DNA of 63,985 bases, counting the filler, from Octopus bimaculoides (lineage: Eukaryota), in assembly GCF_001194135.2 (NCBI RefSeq). It is 8 parts of 6 records of this genome, joined end to end, with 100 filler letters (N's around TTAATTAATTAA, not from the genome) between each part and the next. Parts side by side here need not be neighbours in the genome. Positions count along the whole stretch, not along the records: positions 19,081 to 25,238 come from NC_068987.1; positions 25,339 to 39,834 come from NC_068987.1; 6 more parts are not named here. The stretch is one strand, 5' to 3'. A program made the position numbers and the translations under genes. Of this stretch, positions 25,163 through 39,145 are shown one piece after another (positions within the stretch are counted from its first letter, which is position 1; each line of letters starts with the position of its first letter). The notes under the pieces were generated by a model. The model worked only from the letters and a program-made list of their open reading frames with translations. It did no database searches and was not told where the DNA came from.

Positions 25163-26119
25163 CTGCATTTAATTAAATTTTCTCTTTTGTAGGTGCATTC
25201 GAAGGAACTCTTAGCTTTTCAGTTACTAATGTACGTTCNNNNNNNNNNNNNNNNNNNNNNNNNNNNNNNNNNNNNNNNNNNNTTAATTAATTAANNNNNN
25301 NNNNNNNNNNNNNNNNNNNNNNNNNNNNNNNNNNNNNNATATATATATAAGTACTTATCAGCGCTAAGCAGTATTTATTTATAAGAATCATTAGGTAAGT
25401 TGAAATACGTTTGTCACATATTTCAACTGCTAAAACGCATATATATTGCAGTAACCGTTGAGAAAATTCTCTCGTATGGTTAAAACACGGAAAAACATGT
25501 TTGTATGTTTGAATGACAGTATATATTTGTGAATGTGCAAGAATTTACGTGTGTGTGTGGAAGTGTTTATATGTAATGTTGTAATATATGTTTCTTATGT
25601 CTACAATCCACACACTTCCACACACACACACACATATTCAGATTGTAGACATACAAAAATATATTACAACATTACATATAAACACTTCCACACACACACA
25701 TATTCAGATTGTAGACGCAAGAATTTACGTGTATATATGTATGGGTGCGCATCTGTGTTAAATGAGTATGTATCTGAATATAGGTAGAGGAGAATAGAAA
25801 CACACCTGTCCCTTTCTATTAAGTGGGTGTATATTTGTAAATGTTTGCCTTCGTCGGTATGTACGTATATATCTGTGTCGTTATAGGCATGTTTTGTATA
25901 GAGCTCAAGGTCAAATAATCAGGACGTTGCACTCATGATCTCGAGATCCAGGTCTCAATTACCGGACGGGTAGTAAATCTTTTCAACTCAAATTTATCAC
26001 AAACACAACACTGAGTGTCTGTGCCTGTTTGTGTGTATGTGGGTGTGTGTGTGTGTGTGTGCATCTGGGTGTGTGTGTGTATGTATAAAGATAGAGATAT
26101 ATGCATATATATATATATA

Positions 26120-27407
26120 TAGGGTTTTGAGAAAAGGAAAAAATCATAAAATTTCAAACAAATTTATTTTAATATGGGTTAGGACCGCCTTTCGCGGTAA
26201 CTATAGCTGGAATTCTACGAGGTATGAACTCGTACAAAGTTTGAATTGTTACCAAAGGAATTTTCTCCATTCTTCAGCTAAAACAGTCTCCAGTTCTTGT
26301 AGTGATGAAGGTAGAGGATATCGACTCCATACTTGTTTTTCTAAAATACACCGTAAATGTTCAATAATAATGAGATCTGAGGAGTGTGGTGGCCAGATAA
26401 GATGTTCAACTTCAATAGAATGTTCCTCGTACCATTCAGTAACAAATTTAGCTGTGTGAATTGGTGCATTATCATCCTGAAAGATTGCGTTTCCCACCGG
26501 AAACAGTTCCGCAACCATAGGATGAATTTGGTCAGATAAAATGCTTAAATAGTCTTGACTATTAATTCTGCCATGAAGGGAAACNNNNNNNNNNNNNNNN
26601 NNNNNNNNNNNNNNNNNNNNNNNNNNNNNNNNNNNNNNGAATTTCACAGATCCCCCTCCATGTTTAACCGTTGGATGAAGGCAATCTGGGTGAAATGCTT
26701 CTTTTCGCTGCCTCCATGCGTATACTTGACCGCTGATCGGAAATTAGGTAAAGGATGACTCGTTCGAGACAATAACATTATTCCACTGCTCTGGGGACCA
26801 ATTCCGTAGGGTTTTTTTTTCTCCACTCTAAATACTTTGCAACGTTTGTATTTCAAAGTAGTGATTTTCTGATTGCAGCCCTCCCGTGAAATCTTGTTTT
26901 TTTACAGCTTCCAGCGAACAGTGTTTGTGGAAACTGGTTTCTCGAGGTGCTCATTAAGCTCTGCAGTAATTTTGGGAGATGTACTTTTGTGATCCTTTCT
27001 AACAATTTAGGTAAGAGTCCGATGGTCCCTATATGAAAGTTTTGGTTTACCTCCAGAGTTTTGTTTCGACGAGGACGTCTTCCCTCTTTTTCAAAGGCTG
27101 TCATTGCTTTCGAAACAATACTTCTTGATGCACCAAATATTTCGGCTGTTTTTGTTACGCTAGCTCCTGTCATACGAGCACCAACAATTTGACCTCTTTG
27201 AAATTTCGATAGAACTATCATTTTAATGAATTTTAATTGCCTTTTCCTGATGATATATGAAAAGAAACAGCAATTTTAGCAAAACATATTAAGCAACACT
27301 AATAATAAATTTAAAACGTAAAAAAACGAGCTTTTGGCGGTTTTATAGATATTTCAAAATGTTGATGCTATAATGCTAGGTTTTTCCATTATTTTGTCCT
27401 AACCCTG
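26120..27407 (-). mobile_element. Near full-length Tc1 element with frameshifted transposase
   Basis: LSKFQRGQIVGARMTGASVTKTA (HTH), HGRAAIRK, VKYTHGG, FQDDNAPIH, WPPHSSDLIIIEHL (DD34E region). Degenerate TIRs CAGGGTTAGGACAAAATAATGGAAAAACC / TAGGGTTTTGAGAAAAGGAAAAAATC. Confidence 0.92.
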
Positions 27408-28269
27408 TGTATGAGTAAGGCTATGGAATACATCCACAATTTGGTGCATTAGTAAGTGTATAGATATGTAGTTATGACGAATTCCAGATACAGCAACTAC
27501 ACGCAAGCGAGTACACGCCAACGCTCAAACGCACACACACGCACACGTCCACGCACACGCATACAGACCATATATAGATGGAGCATATAAACACACACAC
27601 ACATACTCACATAGATATATATAGAGAGAGGCAGACAGACCGAATATATAAATTACAAATTTGAAGGAAGAAAATCTATATTCCAAAACTAAAATAGTGT
27701 CAGGATTGTAAACCGGAGAAGCATAGAATACAAAAATGCAACAGAGCATTTCTGCATGTTTACGAATCCATCTGATTATTTGTACTTTCGGAAGAAACAC
27801 ATATATGAAAGACATATACCCTGGATGATTAATCAGCGTATGTGCAGAGAATATGAAAACACCATATGCAAATAAGAACTGTGCATGGGCTATGCTAATC
27901 ATAAATACAGAGTAGCGACTAAATTTGTTTTATATTTTTTTCTAAAATTAGTTCTCTATGTAGTTTTAAAATTATTGAAGCATATAGAGGAAAAGTATTC
28001 AACAAATGTTTAACAGGCTATTGGATAATCTATTTTAAAATTATCTGTAGTTATTTACGAAAGAGTTGAAAATCTTTAAGAGTTTGTAGTAATACTGACA
28101 TCTATAAGAGGATTAAAACTACAACAGATGCCATCGCAGTCATTGCAGAAATTGCAAAATTTTTAAATTCTGTTATATATGTATCTGCGTATGTCTGAAT
28201 GTGTAAGCATGTTTTCATGTACATATGTGCATGCATACATGCATACATACATACATACATGTATATACA

Positions 28270-28300
<31 letters not shown>

Positions 28301-28968
28301 NNNNNNNNNNNNNNNNNNNNNNNNNNNNNNNNNNNNNNNNNNNNNNNNNNNNNNNNNNNNNNNNNNNNNNNNNNNNNNNNNNNNNNNNNNNNNNNNNNNN
28401 NNNNNNNNNNNNNNNNNNNNNNNNNNNNNNNNNNNNNNNNNNNNNNNNNNNNNNNNNNNNNNNNNNNNNNNNNNNNNNNNNNNNNNNNNNNNNNNNNNNN
28501 NNNNNNNNNNNNNNNNNNNNNNNNNNNNNNNNNNNNNNNNNNNNNNNNNNNNNNNNNNNNNNNNNNNNNNNNNNNNNNNNNNNNNNNNNNNNNNNNNNNN
28601 NNNNNNNNNNNNNNNNNNNNNNNNNNNNNNNNNNNNNNNNNNNNNNNNNNNNNNNNNNNNNNNNNNNNNNNNNNNNNNNNNNNNNNNNNNNNNNNNNNNN
28701 NNNNNNNNNNNNNNNNNNNNNNNNNNNNNNNNNNNNNNNNNNNNNNNNNNNNNNNNNNNNNNNNNNNNNNNNNNNNNNNNNNNNNNNNNNNNNNNNNNNN
28801 NNNNNNNNNNNNNNNNNNNNNNNNNNNNNNNNNNNNNNNNNNNNNNNNNNNNNNNNNNNNNNNNNNNNNNNNNNNNNNNNNNNNNNNNNNNNNNNNNNNN
28901 NNNNNNNNNNNNNNNNNNNNNNNNNNNNNNNNNNNNNNNNNNNNNNNNNNNNNNNNNNNNNNNNNNNN

Positions 28969-29024
<56 letters not shown>

Positions 29025-29491
29025 GTGTGTGTGTGTGTATACTCAGAAGTTAAACATGCATATTAATAAAAAAACGGACGAAAAAATTATATTAAATGCA
29101 CCGAAGGCACAGACAAACGGAGAATTAACACAGAAGGTCACCAATTCCTCAACGGTTATCGACCAAAGTGTCTAACGCAATTTCGTGCCATTATCGATAA
29201 TATTGCATCCACCCTGGAGGAAACCAGCTAGAGAACTTGCTCCTAATGCAACCAAAACAAAATAAAATAAGACGGTCACACAAGAAAGACCGACTGACAA
29301 AAGCAAACCTAATAAATAAACAGAATATGACCTGAGGGCCACGCGAAGAAAACTAGACAATAATAATAATACATATACAACAAAAGGCCGTGGCCTAGCT
29401 GATAGACAAATGTGCAGTAAGCAAAAACATACATACATACATATATATATACACACACAGACACAAACACACACACACACACACACACACG

Positions 29492-29536
<45 letters not shown>

Positions 29537-29549
29537 GTGTGTGTGTGTG

Positions 29550-30413
29550 TGTGATCTGATCAATAAGTGCCCGGACCGCTGCCATAGTAATGAAGCTAAA
29601 GCGGCCAAAGTAAAGTTGCTTGGCACAAATAAACCTTGATCTGTGCTGTGCATGCGCATAAACTTTTAACATTCTAGGGCTTGGAAGGAAGGTTTGTAGC
29701 GTCTGATCGTTGCATTAAACAAAACAAAGCGAGTTGAGCAGAGAATCTGCATCAAATTTTGCCAAAAGCATGACAACACCTTCTCAGAGGCCTACGCAAA
29801 GCTTTCAAAAAGTGTCCATCATTCTCTAAACAATCAAGGCGATCTTGTGCAACTGAAACCCCGTGTATCATTTTGGTCAATTGAAAGCAGTTTTGGCACA
29901 AACTTGGCAGACACGCGTCGCATACTCAAATCTTTGCTGATAATGGACTGAACCGAAACGTAACTAATCTGCAGATCTTATAATTCACAGTTGGTGATTC
30001 GACGATTTCTCCTCAAAGTTGCACGTATCTCTGCAATGTATTTCTCAGTTCTGCTGACTTCGGGTCTTCCAGAGCGTTTGCCGATATCGACATTTTTTTT
30101 CGAAAGGTCTGAACCACTCGTTCCCTTCTGTGCAGCTCATACACACCTCTCCATACACGTTCTGCAGCTTTGCATAGGCTACTAAGTAGATGTCGCCATG
30201 ACAACATACTCTGTCATGGTAAATGCGACCATCACATGCTACACACGTTCATTCCAAGCACGGCTGTACACAGCAGAAGTGAGCTAAAGCGTTAAAACTT
30301 AGTGCGCTTGCACAACAGATGTCAAGGTCAATCTTTGCCAAGCAGCTTTGTTCTGCGTGCTTTAGCTTCGTTACTATGGCAACAGCCCGGATATCTATTG
30401 ATCGGACCTCGTA
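29550..30413 (-). mobile_element. Non-autonomous mariner derivative with two 5' ends
   Basis: The minus strand carries TIR + 5' UTR + transposase N-terminus (SGRP, MRRVSAKFVPKLL) and then switches into an inverted copy of the same 5' end (29555-29800). Confidence 0.85.
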
Positions 30414-30508
30414 AGCACACATGAATAACTTAATAAAATAGAAATTTGATATCGGCTGTATGAAGATTTTCGAATAATTAATAATTATTAGTTTCAAAAT
30501 TTTATACA

Positions 30509-30695
30509 GGGCCAGTGGTGAGGAGCTTAGTCACTAAAACCGACCCCAGTGTTCAACTGGTACTTATTCTATCTACTTCGATAGTTTGAAAGGCAAAGTA
30601 GATCTCGGCGGAATTCCAGCTCAGAATGTAAAGAAGGACAAAATGCCGCTAAGCATATTTCCCAGCGTGCTACCGATTGTGCTAGCTCACCTCCT
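30509..30695 (-). mobile_element. SINE family C
   Basis: Homologous to 18475-18685 and 57250-57430. Confidence 0.75.
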
Positions 30696-33171
30696 TCATA
30701 ATAAGTATTAATTATTGTTAATAAATATGGTACGCCGCTATCATTGTTGAAATGCCTTGGCTTGAATACTAGAATGTTAACTGGATGCGATCACTGGTTG
30801 CAGTTTGTATGTTTAAACATGTATAATGAATAAATTGCGCGAATTCAACGTGTTGAACTGATTTTTGTTTTACCTTTAATGCGTGCGCATGTAATTTACG
30901 AGTTTTTTTTTGTGTTCGGAGTGACATAAATGAAACCACTTTTACGTTATCATGAAATGTTGCAGTGGTATATTCTTAAACATTCGGGTTTTCTTTCTAA
31001 ATAAGAGGACACTTCCTTATACACTGACTAGATTTCGCTAAAAGCAAATATTGTAACCTTAGACGAAGAAATAAGAAACAAAATGCACTTCTTCGATGGT
31101 TACTGCTTTTTGTTTTTCTTACTTTTCGAGGTTTACCAATTCTGCAATTTCAGCAATTTCTGTGTTGACAACATTTATCCTTGTCTTACAATTGAAAATG
31201 TGAATGTTATTTCAACAGATTTTAACCGATTGTCAAGTAATTCTTAAATAAATTGTAACATAGTAGCTTATTGTTTTTCTAGATACCGTTCACCGTTTGT
31301 CAGCTTCTCAAGTGATTCGTAATCGAAAGTTAAATATTGGTCTATGTAACCCGTATGTATAAATTGTGCAATGCACTCCTTGTTTGCATTTATATTCTAC
31401 TCGCATATTCTCTGCACATGATTAAGGTGATCAATCATCAAACCAAATGCAGGATCAGGCATCTGTCTATTAAGCCTATACAAATAATTATATGAATTTC
31501 TGAGCATCCATATATCCGGAGTCCGCGATGTTGCATATATGCATGAATATGCGCTTGTAGAATTACAGATTTCTCAAAAGTTTAAATATACATTTTTGAA
31601 GCTGAAAATTTCTTCTCGATATTTTATATATCGACATTTTCTGTATCCTTTGCATGCTAGTAATTTTAATTCAAAATTTCTGAATACTGAATATTGTTTT
31701 GCTATTTTTGCAACATTGTAATTTGAGAATTTTTTTGTTTTAATTTTAGCTTTAGTGGGCGTATTATTCTAATAAAGTGGATGTGGCATTTTTATATACA
31801 TTTTTTTGTCCTTGTTAAAAACTATTTTGGCCTCTTGATGTGTATAGTCATTGGAGACAGAGTATTATGCTTATACTTTTATCGTTCTCTTATCCTCATT
31901 CCTATATCATCTTCCTTCTTTTCTGCCATTCTTTTGTTGTTCTTCCTCGGATCATTCACAATGTTAAGCTAAATTTGACCTGCCTTTTACAGTTCATTCA
32001 TGGCTTTCTGCATTTCATATATAGTTTTTACAGTATTTTACACTCTCAAAAAGACAACTGCTTGAATACAAACTAATCATTAAATTCAGCTTCTAGAATT
32101 ATCTTGTCAATTAATATTCTAAACCGTCGTCTTTAATACTTCTTATATTAAAATTTCTATCAGAAACTTCTTCCTGCAAAAGATATGAACACCAAATACA
32201 GGCTCTTAGTGTAATAGTAGTACCACCTTTCTTCGCTTCATATACACACACAAACAGGAGCGCGCGCACACACNNNNNNNNNNNNNNNNNNNNNNNNNNN
32301 NNNNNNNNNNNNNNNNNNNNNNNNNNNNNNNNNNNNNNNNNNNNNNNNNNNNNNNNNNNNNNNNNNNNNNNNNNNNNNNNNNNNNNNNNNNNNNNNNNNN
32401 NNNNNNNNNNNNNNNNNNNNNNNNNNNNNNNNNNNNNNNNNNNNNNNNNNNNNNNNNNNNNNNNNNNNNNNNNNNNNNNNNNNNNNNNNNNNNNNNNNNN
32501 NNNNNNNNNNNNNNNNNNNNNNNNNNNNNNNNNNNNNNNNNNNNNNNNNNNNNNNNNNNNNNNNNNNNNNNNNNNNNNNNNNNNNNNNNNNNNNNNNNNN
32601 NNNNNNNNNNNNNNNNNNNNNNNNNNNNNNNNNNNNNNNNNNNNNNNNNNNNNNNNNNNNNNNNNNNNNNNNNNNNNNNNNNNNNNNNNNNNNNNNNNNN
32701 NNNNNNNNNNNNNNNNNNNNNNNNNNNNNNNNNNNNNNNNNNNNNNNNNNNNNNNNNNNNNNNNNNNNNNNNNNNNNNNNNNNNNNNNNNNNNNNNNNNN
32801 NNNNNNNNNNNNNNNNNNNNNNNNNNNNNNNNNNNNNNNNNNNNNNNNNNNNNNNNNNNNNNNNNNNNNNNNNNNNNNNNNNNNNNNNNNNNNNNNNNNN
32901 NNNNNNNNNNNNNNNNNNNNNNNNNNNNNNNNNNNNNNNNNNNNNNNNNNNNNNNNNNNNNNNNNNNNNNNNNNNNNNNNNNNNNNNNNNNNNNNNNNNN
33001 NNNNNNNNNNNNNNNNNNNNNNNNNNATATATATATGTATTCCAAGGTATTGGAATCTTATATTTAGACCATACTGCCTAAACAATGGATTTACAACTAC
33101 GATATCCCTACATTCACTATCTATTTCCTATCTTATGTAAACTAACTATTGCTTAACCATCCTCTCAAACC

Positions 33172-33219
33172 GTTTCCGATGAAGGGATATAATAAATATC
33201 CTGAAAACAGCTGTAAGAC
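33172..33219 (+). ncRNA. Degenerate minimal hammerhead ribozyme motif (Penelope pLTR-like)
   Basis: GTTT-CCGATGA-A-GGGATAT-aataa-ATATCCT-GAAAA-CAGCTG-TA-AGAC. Two core deviations (U4>C, extra A); palindromic helix III. Confidence 0.55.
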
Positions 33220-33601
33220 CTTGTATTTATAAATGTTCTATATCATACACAGCCTTCGTTTTTTATCTCATTACGAAATACTTATATATATATATATATG
33301 GTCTGCTCGCTAATCCAGCAGGGTGGCGTCATTCGAAGGCTAAAACAATGCGAAGCGCATTGTGACCAGCGGTGTGTAGCAGCATCTGATTGCTTGGTCG
33401 GTTACGTGATATATATATATATATATATATTTCTTTATATATGTGCTTATTGTTTATGTATGTATGTATGTGTGTTATTTGTATATATGTGTAGACATGT
33501 ACACTTGTATCGCTCTCTGTACCTGTGCATACATATACGTATGTATATGGATCTGCGTGTGTATGTATGTATGTATACCTATGGGTGTATGTATGTGTGG
33601 G

Positions 33602-34740
33602 TATTTCGCTCAACATATGAATTCGTTTAAGAATAGAAATTTAATTAATTCTAGTGGCCTTAGTAAATATATGTGGAAATTAAAATCTAGGAGATAGTTT
33701 GTAAGGCTAAATGTTATCGAATAGGTAGTGCTTCTTCTTTATTATGTACTAATGAATTTAAAGAGATATTATTAACTGATAATAAAAAAATTGTTTGATT
33801 CCCTAGATAAACGAAAAATAAATGCAGACATAAGTTGAATTACTTATATAATAAGTTTAGTTGAGTTGTCTATTTATATGAACCCTAGTTTATGTTACGA
33901 ATTGTTCTAGTCATGATTTGTAGTAGTAGAATGTGTATAAAGGATATATTACATATTTAGAATAACATTAAACTAAGCTGTTTATAAAATAAATACATAC
34001 ATTAATTCATCTTTATATATAGATTGAATTATTGTAATTTAGCTTCATTTTGTATTTAATATATAATATATTTTACGTATTTTAGATTTGAATTATTTAG
34101 ACTTTAGTATTTTTAAGTAAACGATATACTAGAATTAATTTTTTCCTTATTCTCACATCTAAAATACATTAAGTCATCTTAACTGTTTAAATACATATTT
34201 CTATCTCATTACTCCATAATTTCTAATTTACGTCGTATTTTCACGTGATACATTTCGTATAAACACTAAGTTCTATGTATTACGTTTACAATTTAGATTT
34301 CAAATTTTAGTTTACAGCAATTCCTCGATAAGATAAGTTGTGCTTTTATTTTTAGAAATATTGCTAAATGTTTTTCGATTATTTATTTATTGTTAACACA
34401 AGTAATTTTTTTTAGATATTTAGATATGTAGTATAAGTTACAATACGTACTTGTTTTATTATTATTTTTATTTTATTTTAGACCTGACGAGTGACTGTAT
34501 TTTTGAATAGATTTAAATGTAGATCGATTTGATTATTAATCGAAGTATTAATTGAATTGGTTTTAGTAGTTATCTATTTGAAAATATAGCCACAAAAAGT
34601 GCGTAGTCATGTTATACCATTTACTAGTTATTCTTTTTGTATTTTGTTGATTTTTTGAATAAGGGTTTATGATATATTTATTTTCTGCAGGTTATGAATT
34701 AAATTCTTCTTTATTGAATTATTTAATAGTGGTTTTTCTC
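33602..34740 (+). mobile_element. Penelope-like element 3' end (GIY-YIG C-terminus + AT-rich UTR)
   Basis: FAQHMNSFKNRNLINSSGLSKYMWKLK..LCTNE resembles the Penelope endonuclease motif STELSKYIWKLK..CxLC. The 3' boundary is approximate. Confidence 0.65.
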
Positions 34741-35056
34741 TAAATTATATATATATATATATATATATNNNNNNNNNNNNNNNNNNNNNNNNNNNNNNNN
34801 NNNNNNNNNNNNNNNNNNNNNNNNNNNNNNNNNNNNNNNNNNNNNNNNNNNNNNNNNNNNNNTGTGCACGTAGGTATACGTATGTATGTATAGGCACATG
34901 TGTATCGCCCGTACTTTCGGGATTTTCTTTCATTTAATTTAACCTTACCTTTATAATTTTATATAGTTCGGAATTAGCCTGTCCAATCTCTAATTAAATA
35001 ACCACTAATGTATGTGCGAATATATACACAGGTATATATGTGGGTGTGTATATATA

Positions 35057-35090
<34 letters not shown>

Positions 35091-35126
35091 CGGGTGTGCA
35101 CTTGTCTATATGTAAGTGCATGTATG

Positions 35127-35158
<32 letters not shown>

Positions 35159-35479
35159 CATATGTGTGTAGATGTGTATGTACATGTGTACGTATATATG
35201 CATCAGTGTATGTATCTATATATGTTTGTGTGTATGAATGCATATATGCTTTTATGCGTGTATACGGGTGTGTGCATGTATGCATGTACATATATATATT
35301 GTGTGTGTGTGTCTGTAAGTACGTATGTGCGTATGTACGTCTTTGTATGGAAGTAACAAGGATGTTAAGGTGTCAGTGCCTTACGACCGTTTCAAGCGGC
35401 TCCATTTAATCGATCAATGCTAGCATTACAATTTGAAATACACCACCCTCCTCGGACGCATAAACCCACGTAGGCTTTC

Positions 35480-37445
35480 AACACGTAGGTTTTAAATCAT
35501 CTATATAAAATAGATGGCTTATTTTCCTGTTGTCAATTTTGTAGTCATACCCTGTTCTATTCAGTTCACTTGAGAGTGGTATTAATGCTACGCAGGAAAT
35601 TATTGCTGAAAGTGAGTCACCTTGGAAAATGTCACAGTTTATGCTAATATTGTTTCAGCGCAATACTCCATTAGAATGATATAATTGAAGCTTCGTGTTC
35701 CATAGTGACATATTATACTTTAAAAAATCTGAAATCACAGGAGAAATTTTGAAAATGTCCAGCGATTTCAGATTCCACGAATGTACTATGCTGTCAAAGG
35801 CTTTTTTTTATAATCAATCCATGAACAGCTGATATTTCTGCGCTTGTTNNNNNNNNNNNNNNNNNNNNNNNNNNNNNNNNNNNNNNNNNNNNNNNNNNNN
35901 NNNNNNNNNNNNNNNNNNNNNNNNNNNNNNNNNNNNNNNNNNNNNNNNNNAGATAAAAATGTTATAGGCCGGTAGTTCTTTGGGTCTTTGGTTTCGTTAT
36001 TTTTGGGGAGGAGGTAAGTAATACCATTTGCCATCCAATGGGAAGTTTTTTCAGGGTCTACTATTAAATAGTATTACTAACATTTTGTGTGCGGACGAGA
36101 GTGATGAGAGCCAGAAATTTGGTACTCTATCAATACCAGGGGATATCCACTTATGAGCCTTCGTTCGTGCCCTTCTTATGTCGGTGATTGAGATGTCTTC
36201 CCATACCTGTTCATGTAGATTTTTGTAGTTATCTTGGGTGCGTTTGATCCAGTCTGAATTTTCATTGTATTGTTTCTCATTACTCCAGATCCCTTTCCAA
36301 AAGTGTTCAACTTATTCTATTAGGAGTGGCTTTTCAATTCTTATTTTGTCTTTCCCTATTTCCCTGTAAAATGATTTGGCATGGGATTTGAACATCTTAT
36401 TTTGCTTGTAGAATTTGATTCTTTTCTCAAATCTGTATATTCTCTGAGCTTTTGATTGAACTTTTTAAGTGTTTCATTCGCTGACATTAGTTCTTTTCTT
36501 GTTGAGAGTCCATATTTTCTCACAGTCTTCCTGCCTTTTCTTGATCTTACACCATTTCCAGAGATTAGCTCAGTTAATATTGATATCTCCTTTCGCAATA
36601 ATTCAATCAGTTTCAATTCTACTCCTCCAGTTTGATTTTCTTTTCGAATATGGTATCGTTGGCTTTTGGGGAGTTAAACAGCGTCTTTTGTTTACCTTAG
36701 CAACAGAGTAAATAATTTCAGATAACTTATTAAGATCGGGTTTTAGTTGTTGTATTATTTCTTGGGTAACGCAGTTGCCAATTCTTATTTGTGTTTTATG
36801 TTGGTGTGGATTTGAGAGTTTATGGAGTGGTTCCTTATCATTCATTGTTGTATGCCCTACAACTCCAAGCTCATTCCGATCTTCTTGCTTCAATTCAATG
36901 ATAGATTTTCAGTGTTGTTCAGCAAATATGTGGTCTTCAAATTCTGTTTCGACATCATTTTCCTGGCTGTTTTTTTCTAGGGTCATGATATTCTCCTTTT
37001 CCTTCGGGCACTTAAGTAGTTTCGGCAGATGGTTGCCTTTCAGTCAATGCTTGTGGTCCAACATTCCTCTCCTCTGTTTCGTTATTTTTTTCCTGATTTA
37101 TATTTAGGTCATTCACTACCACTTTTGAATAGAGGTCAATTCTGCATCTGTGAGTCTGGTATTTCTGAAAATATCTCCTCTAACATTTGCTAATCTGTTT
37201 TCATCTAGGTTTGGTCTGCTAGCTGGATTTCGGTTCGTCCAAATTCTGTAGGAGATTCCGGTGTGTTTCTCTTGGGTTGGCCTACTTAATGCAAAGTAAT
37301 AACCGTATATTACTTCTTTATATTCTTCCCGGTTCCATTTAGTTCTTTCACATTTTTGATTTTGTGCTCATTGTGGTGGTGAACTTTGGGGGCTTAATTT
37401 GGGAGAAATCCCGTTTAAGTGACATTCCAGGTTCGTATTCGGGGA
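35480..37445 (-). mobile_element. R4/Dong-clade element, 5' end through RT YxDD
   Basis: RTKWNREEYKEVIYGYY, GITYLLPK..DPKNYRPIT, WIDYKK, QGDSLS, HLFYIDDLK; frameshifted. Confidence 0.9.
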
Positions 37446-37446
37446 A

Positions 37447-37557
<111 letters not shown>

Positions 37558-38233
37558 AGTGGAATAATAATATTTATATGAATTATTGACAAACACCGCA
37601 AATGTATACTGTAAACATTAAGTAATTCGGACCCGAATTTTTTATACATCTTTCAATGTGGTACTCTATTGATCAGGTTGGGTATTATCAGTGGACAGAA
37701 ATTGAGCTCTATATTGTTGGCCTTGACTAATGTTGAAGAAAAAAATGGTTGTTTTGTATATTCCTAAAATACGAAGTTATGATTTTTTTTTTTTTATCTG
37801 TACTCTTTAAAACTTCAACCTTTGTTGCCAGGTCTTTAATGAAATCTCATTTTACAAGGGTGCATCGTTTCTATTTATAATCCATTTTGAGACTTTTATC
37901 AGTCAACTATTTCGCTTTCAGAAGATAGAGGCAAAGGGACATTAGTGCTTCTTATTTTCAAAACTACGGATTCATTTTGATCTGTATCTCTTAATGTGTG
38001 TTGACAAATCTGTTAACTCTTCAATAGAACACAATTTCTTTTCTTGGTCTATCAATATTTACTTCCTAGAAGTAATTTATCATTGGCGTCTGACTGAAAC
38101 TCCATCCACTACCTACCCACAATCTTCTAAGATGTGCATTTACATACATCGCAGTGGAAATTCCGATAACATAAACAGTATTTAAACTGTTAAGTATCAC
38201 CCAATTACTTTCTTAGGTCATGCTAGGAATTAC

Positions 38234-38265
38234 CTCAGACATACTGAACATTTCTTTCGGAAATC
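38234..38265 (-). CDS. Candidate internal micro-exon (32 nt) of an unidentified host gene
   Basis: tatatctgcAG | DFRKKCSVCL+AG | GTAATT; in frame with 38580-38660. Confidence 0.35.
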
Positions 38266-38579
38266 CTGCAGATATAATGAATTAAGCTTAACAACCTTAC
38301 ACTTTACGATCAACTGCACGGTATATTGTATTTGGGGGACATGTAAACTATATTATTACGATACATTTGAATTTCATTCATATTGCGGGGACAACCGAGA
38401 GCGATGTTAAACAATGAGATTTGAGTGGTAAGTCATTTTGAATGCAGTTGTACACAACAGGCTCAACTATTTTGTGTAGCACTCCGAAAGCAATCCCTGC
38501 GTGATCCAATAATTCTTGTTCGATCACTAATAGATATGCAATTTCAATTATTTAAAATTTTCAATATACGGAAACTCAC

Positions 38580-38660
38580 CATTGGTATATCAATATTGGC
38601 TTCAATATCAGAATTCCAGCTATCATTACTAGTAAAGAGAAATATAAATATTGGCACCTC
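38580..38660 (-). CDS. Candidate internal exon (81 nt, phase 0-0)
   Basis: tttactgataaatAG | EVPIFIFLFTSNDSWNSDIEANIDIPM | GTGAGT. Confidence 0.4.
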
Positions 38661-39145
38661 CTATTTATCAGTAAATATGAGAGTTATCCTATCCAACGGC
38701 AAACATATTGAATCCTATTGAAGTCATTGAAATCATTCTCTTCTGATATTATCCAGCTTTGACGATATTGAAAGTAGGATTCTTAACACACTCTACAATA
38801 GATCGTAATTCTAACAGATAACACTGAAGCTGCATCTATATTTGTACTTGTAGCTTCAGTTATCTTAACACTACAACAATTAATATAGAACTTGGAAAGT
38901 GTAATCCAGCACTTGATACTAGTACATTCTTCATTTCCTCCCACATATCCTACAGTTTATCACAATACAGATATTCTCACAAGCGTTACTGTTACTCAAT
39001 ACATTGTATATTTTTCTCTGATTAAATTCCATCTGTAATACAAATTTGATAGGAGAAAACTTTACTTGTTTTATGGAAATTAGCTATGATGAAATAACAA
39101 AATCGAGGTAAATATTACCTCTTAAATATCAGGTGCCTCACTTAC

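Noticed and set aside
33620-34745. Mitochondrial insertion (very AT-rich)
   Set aside because: No mitochondrial gene motifs; the 5' part translates as a Penelope endonuclease terminus.
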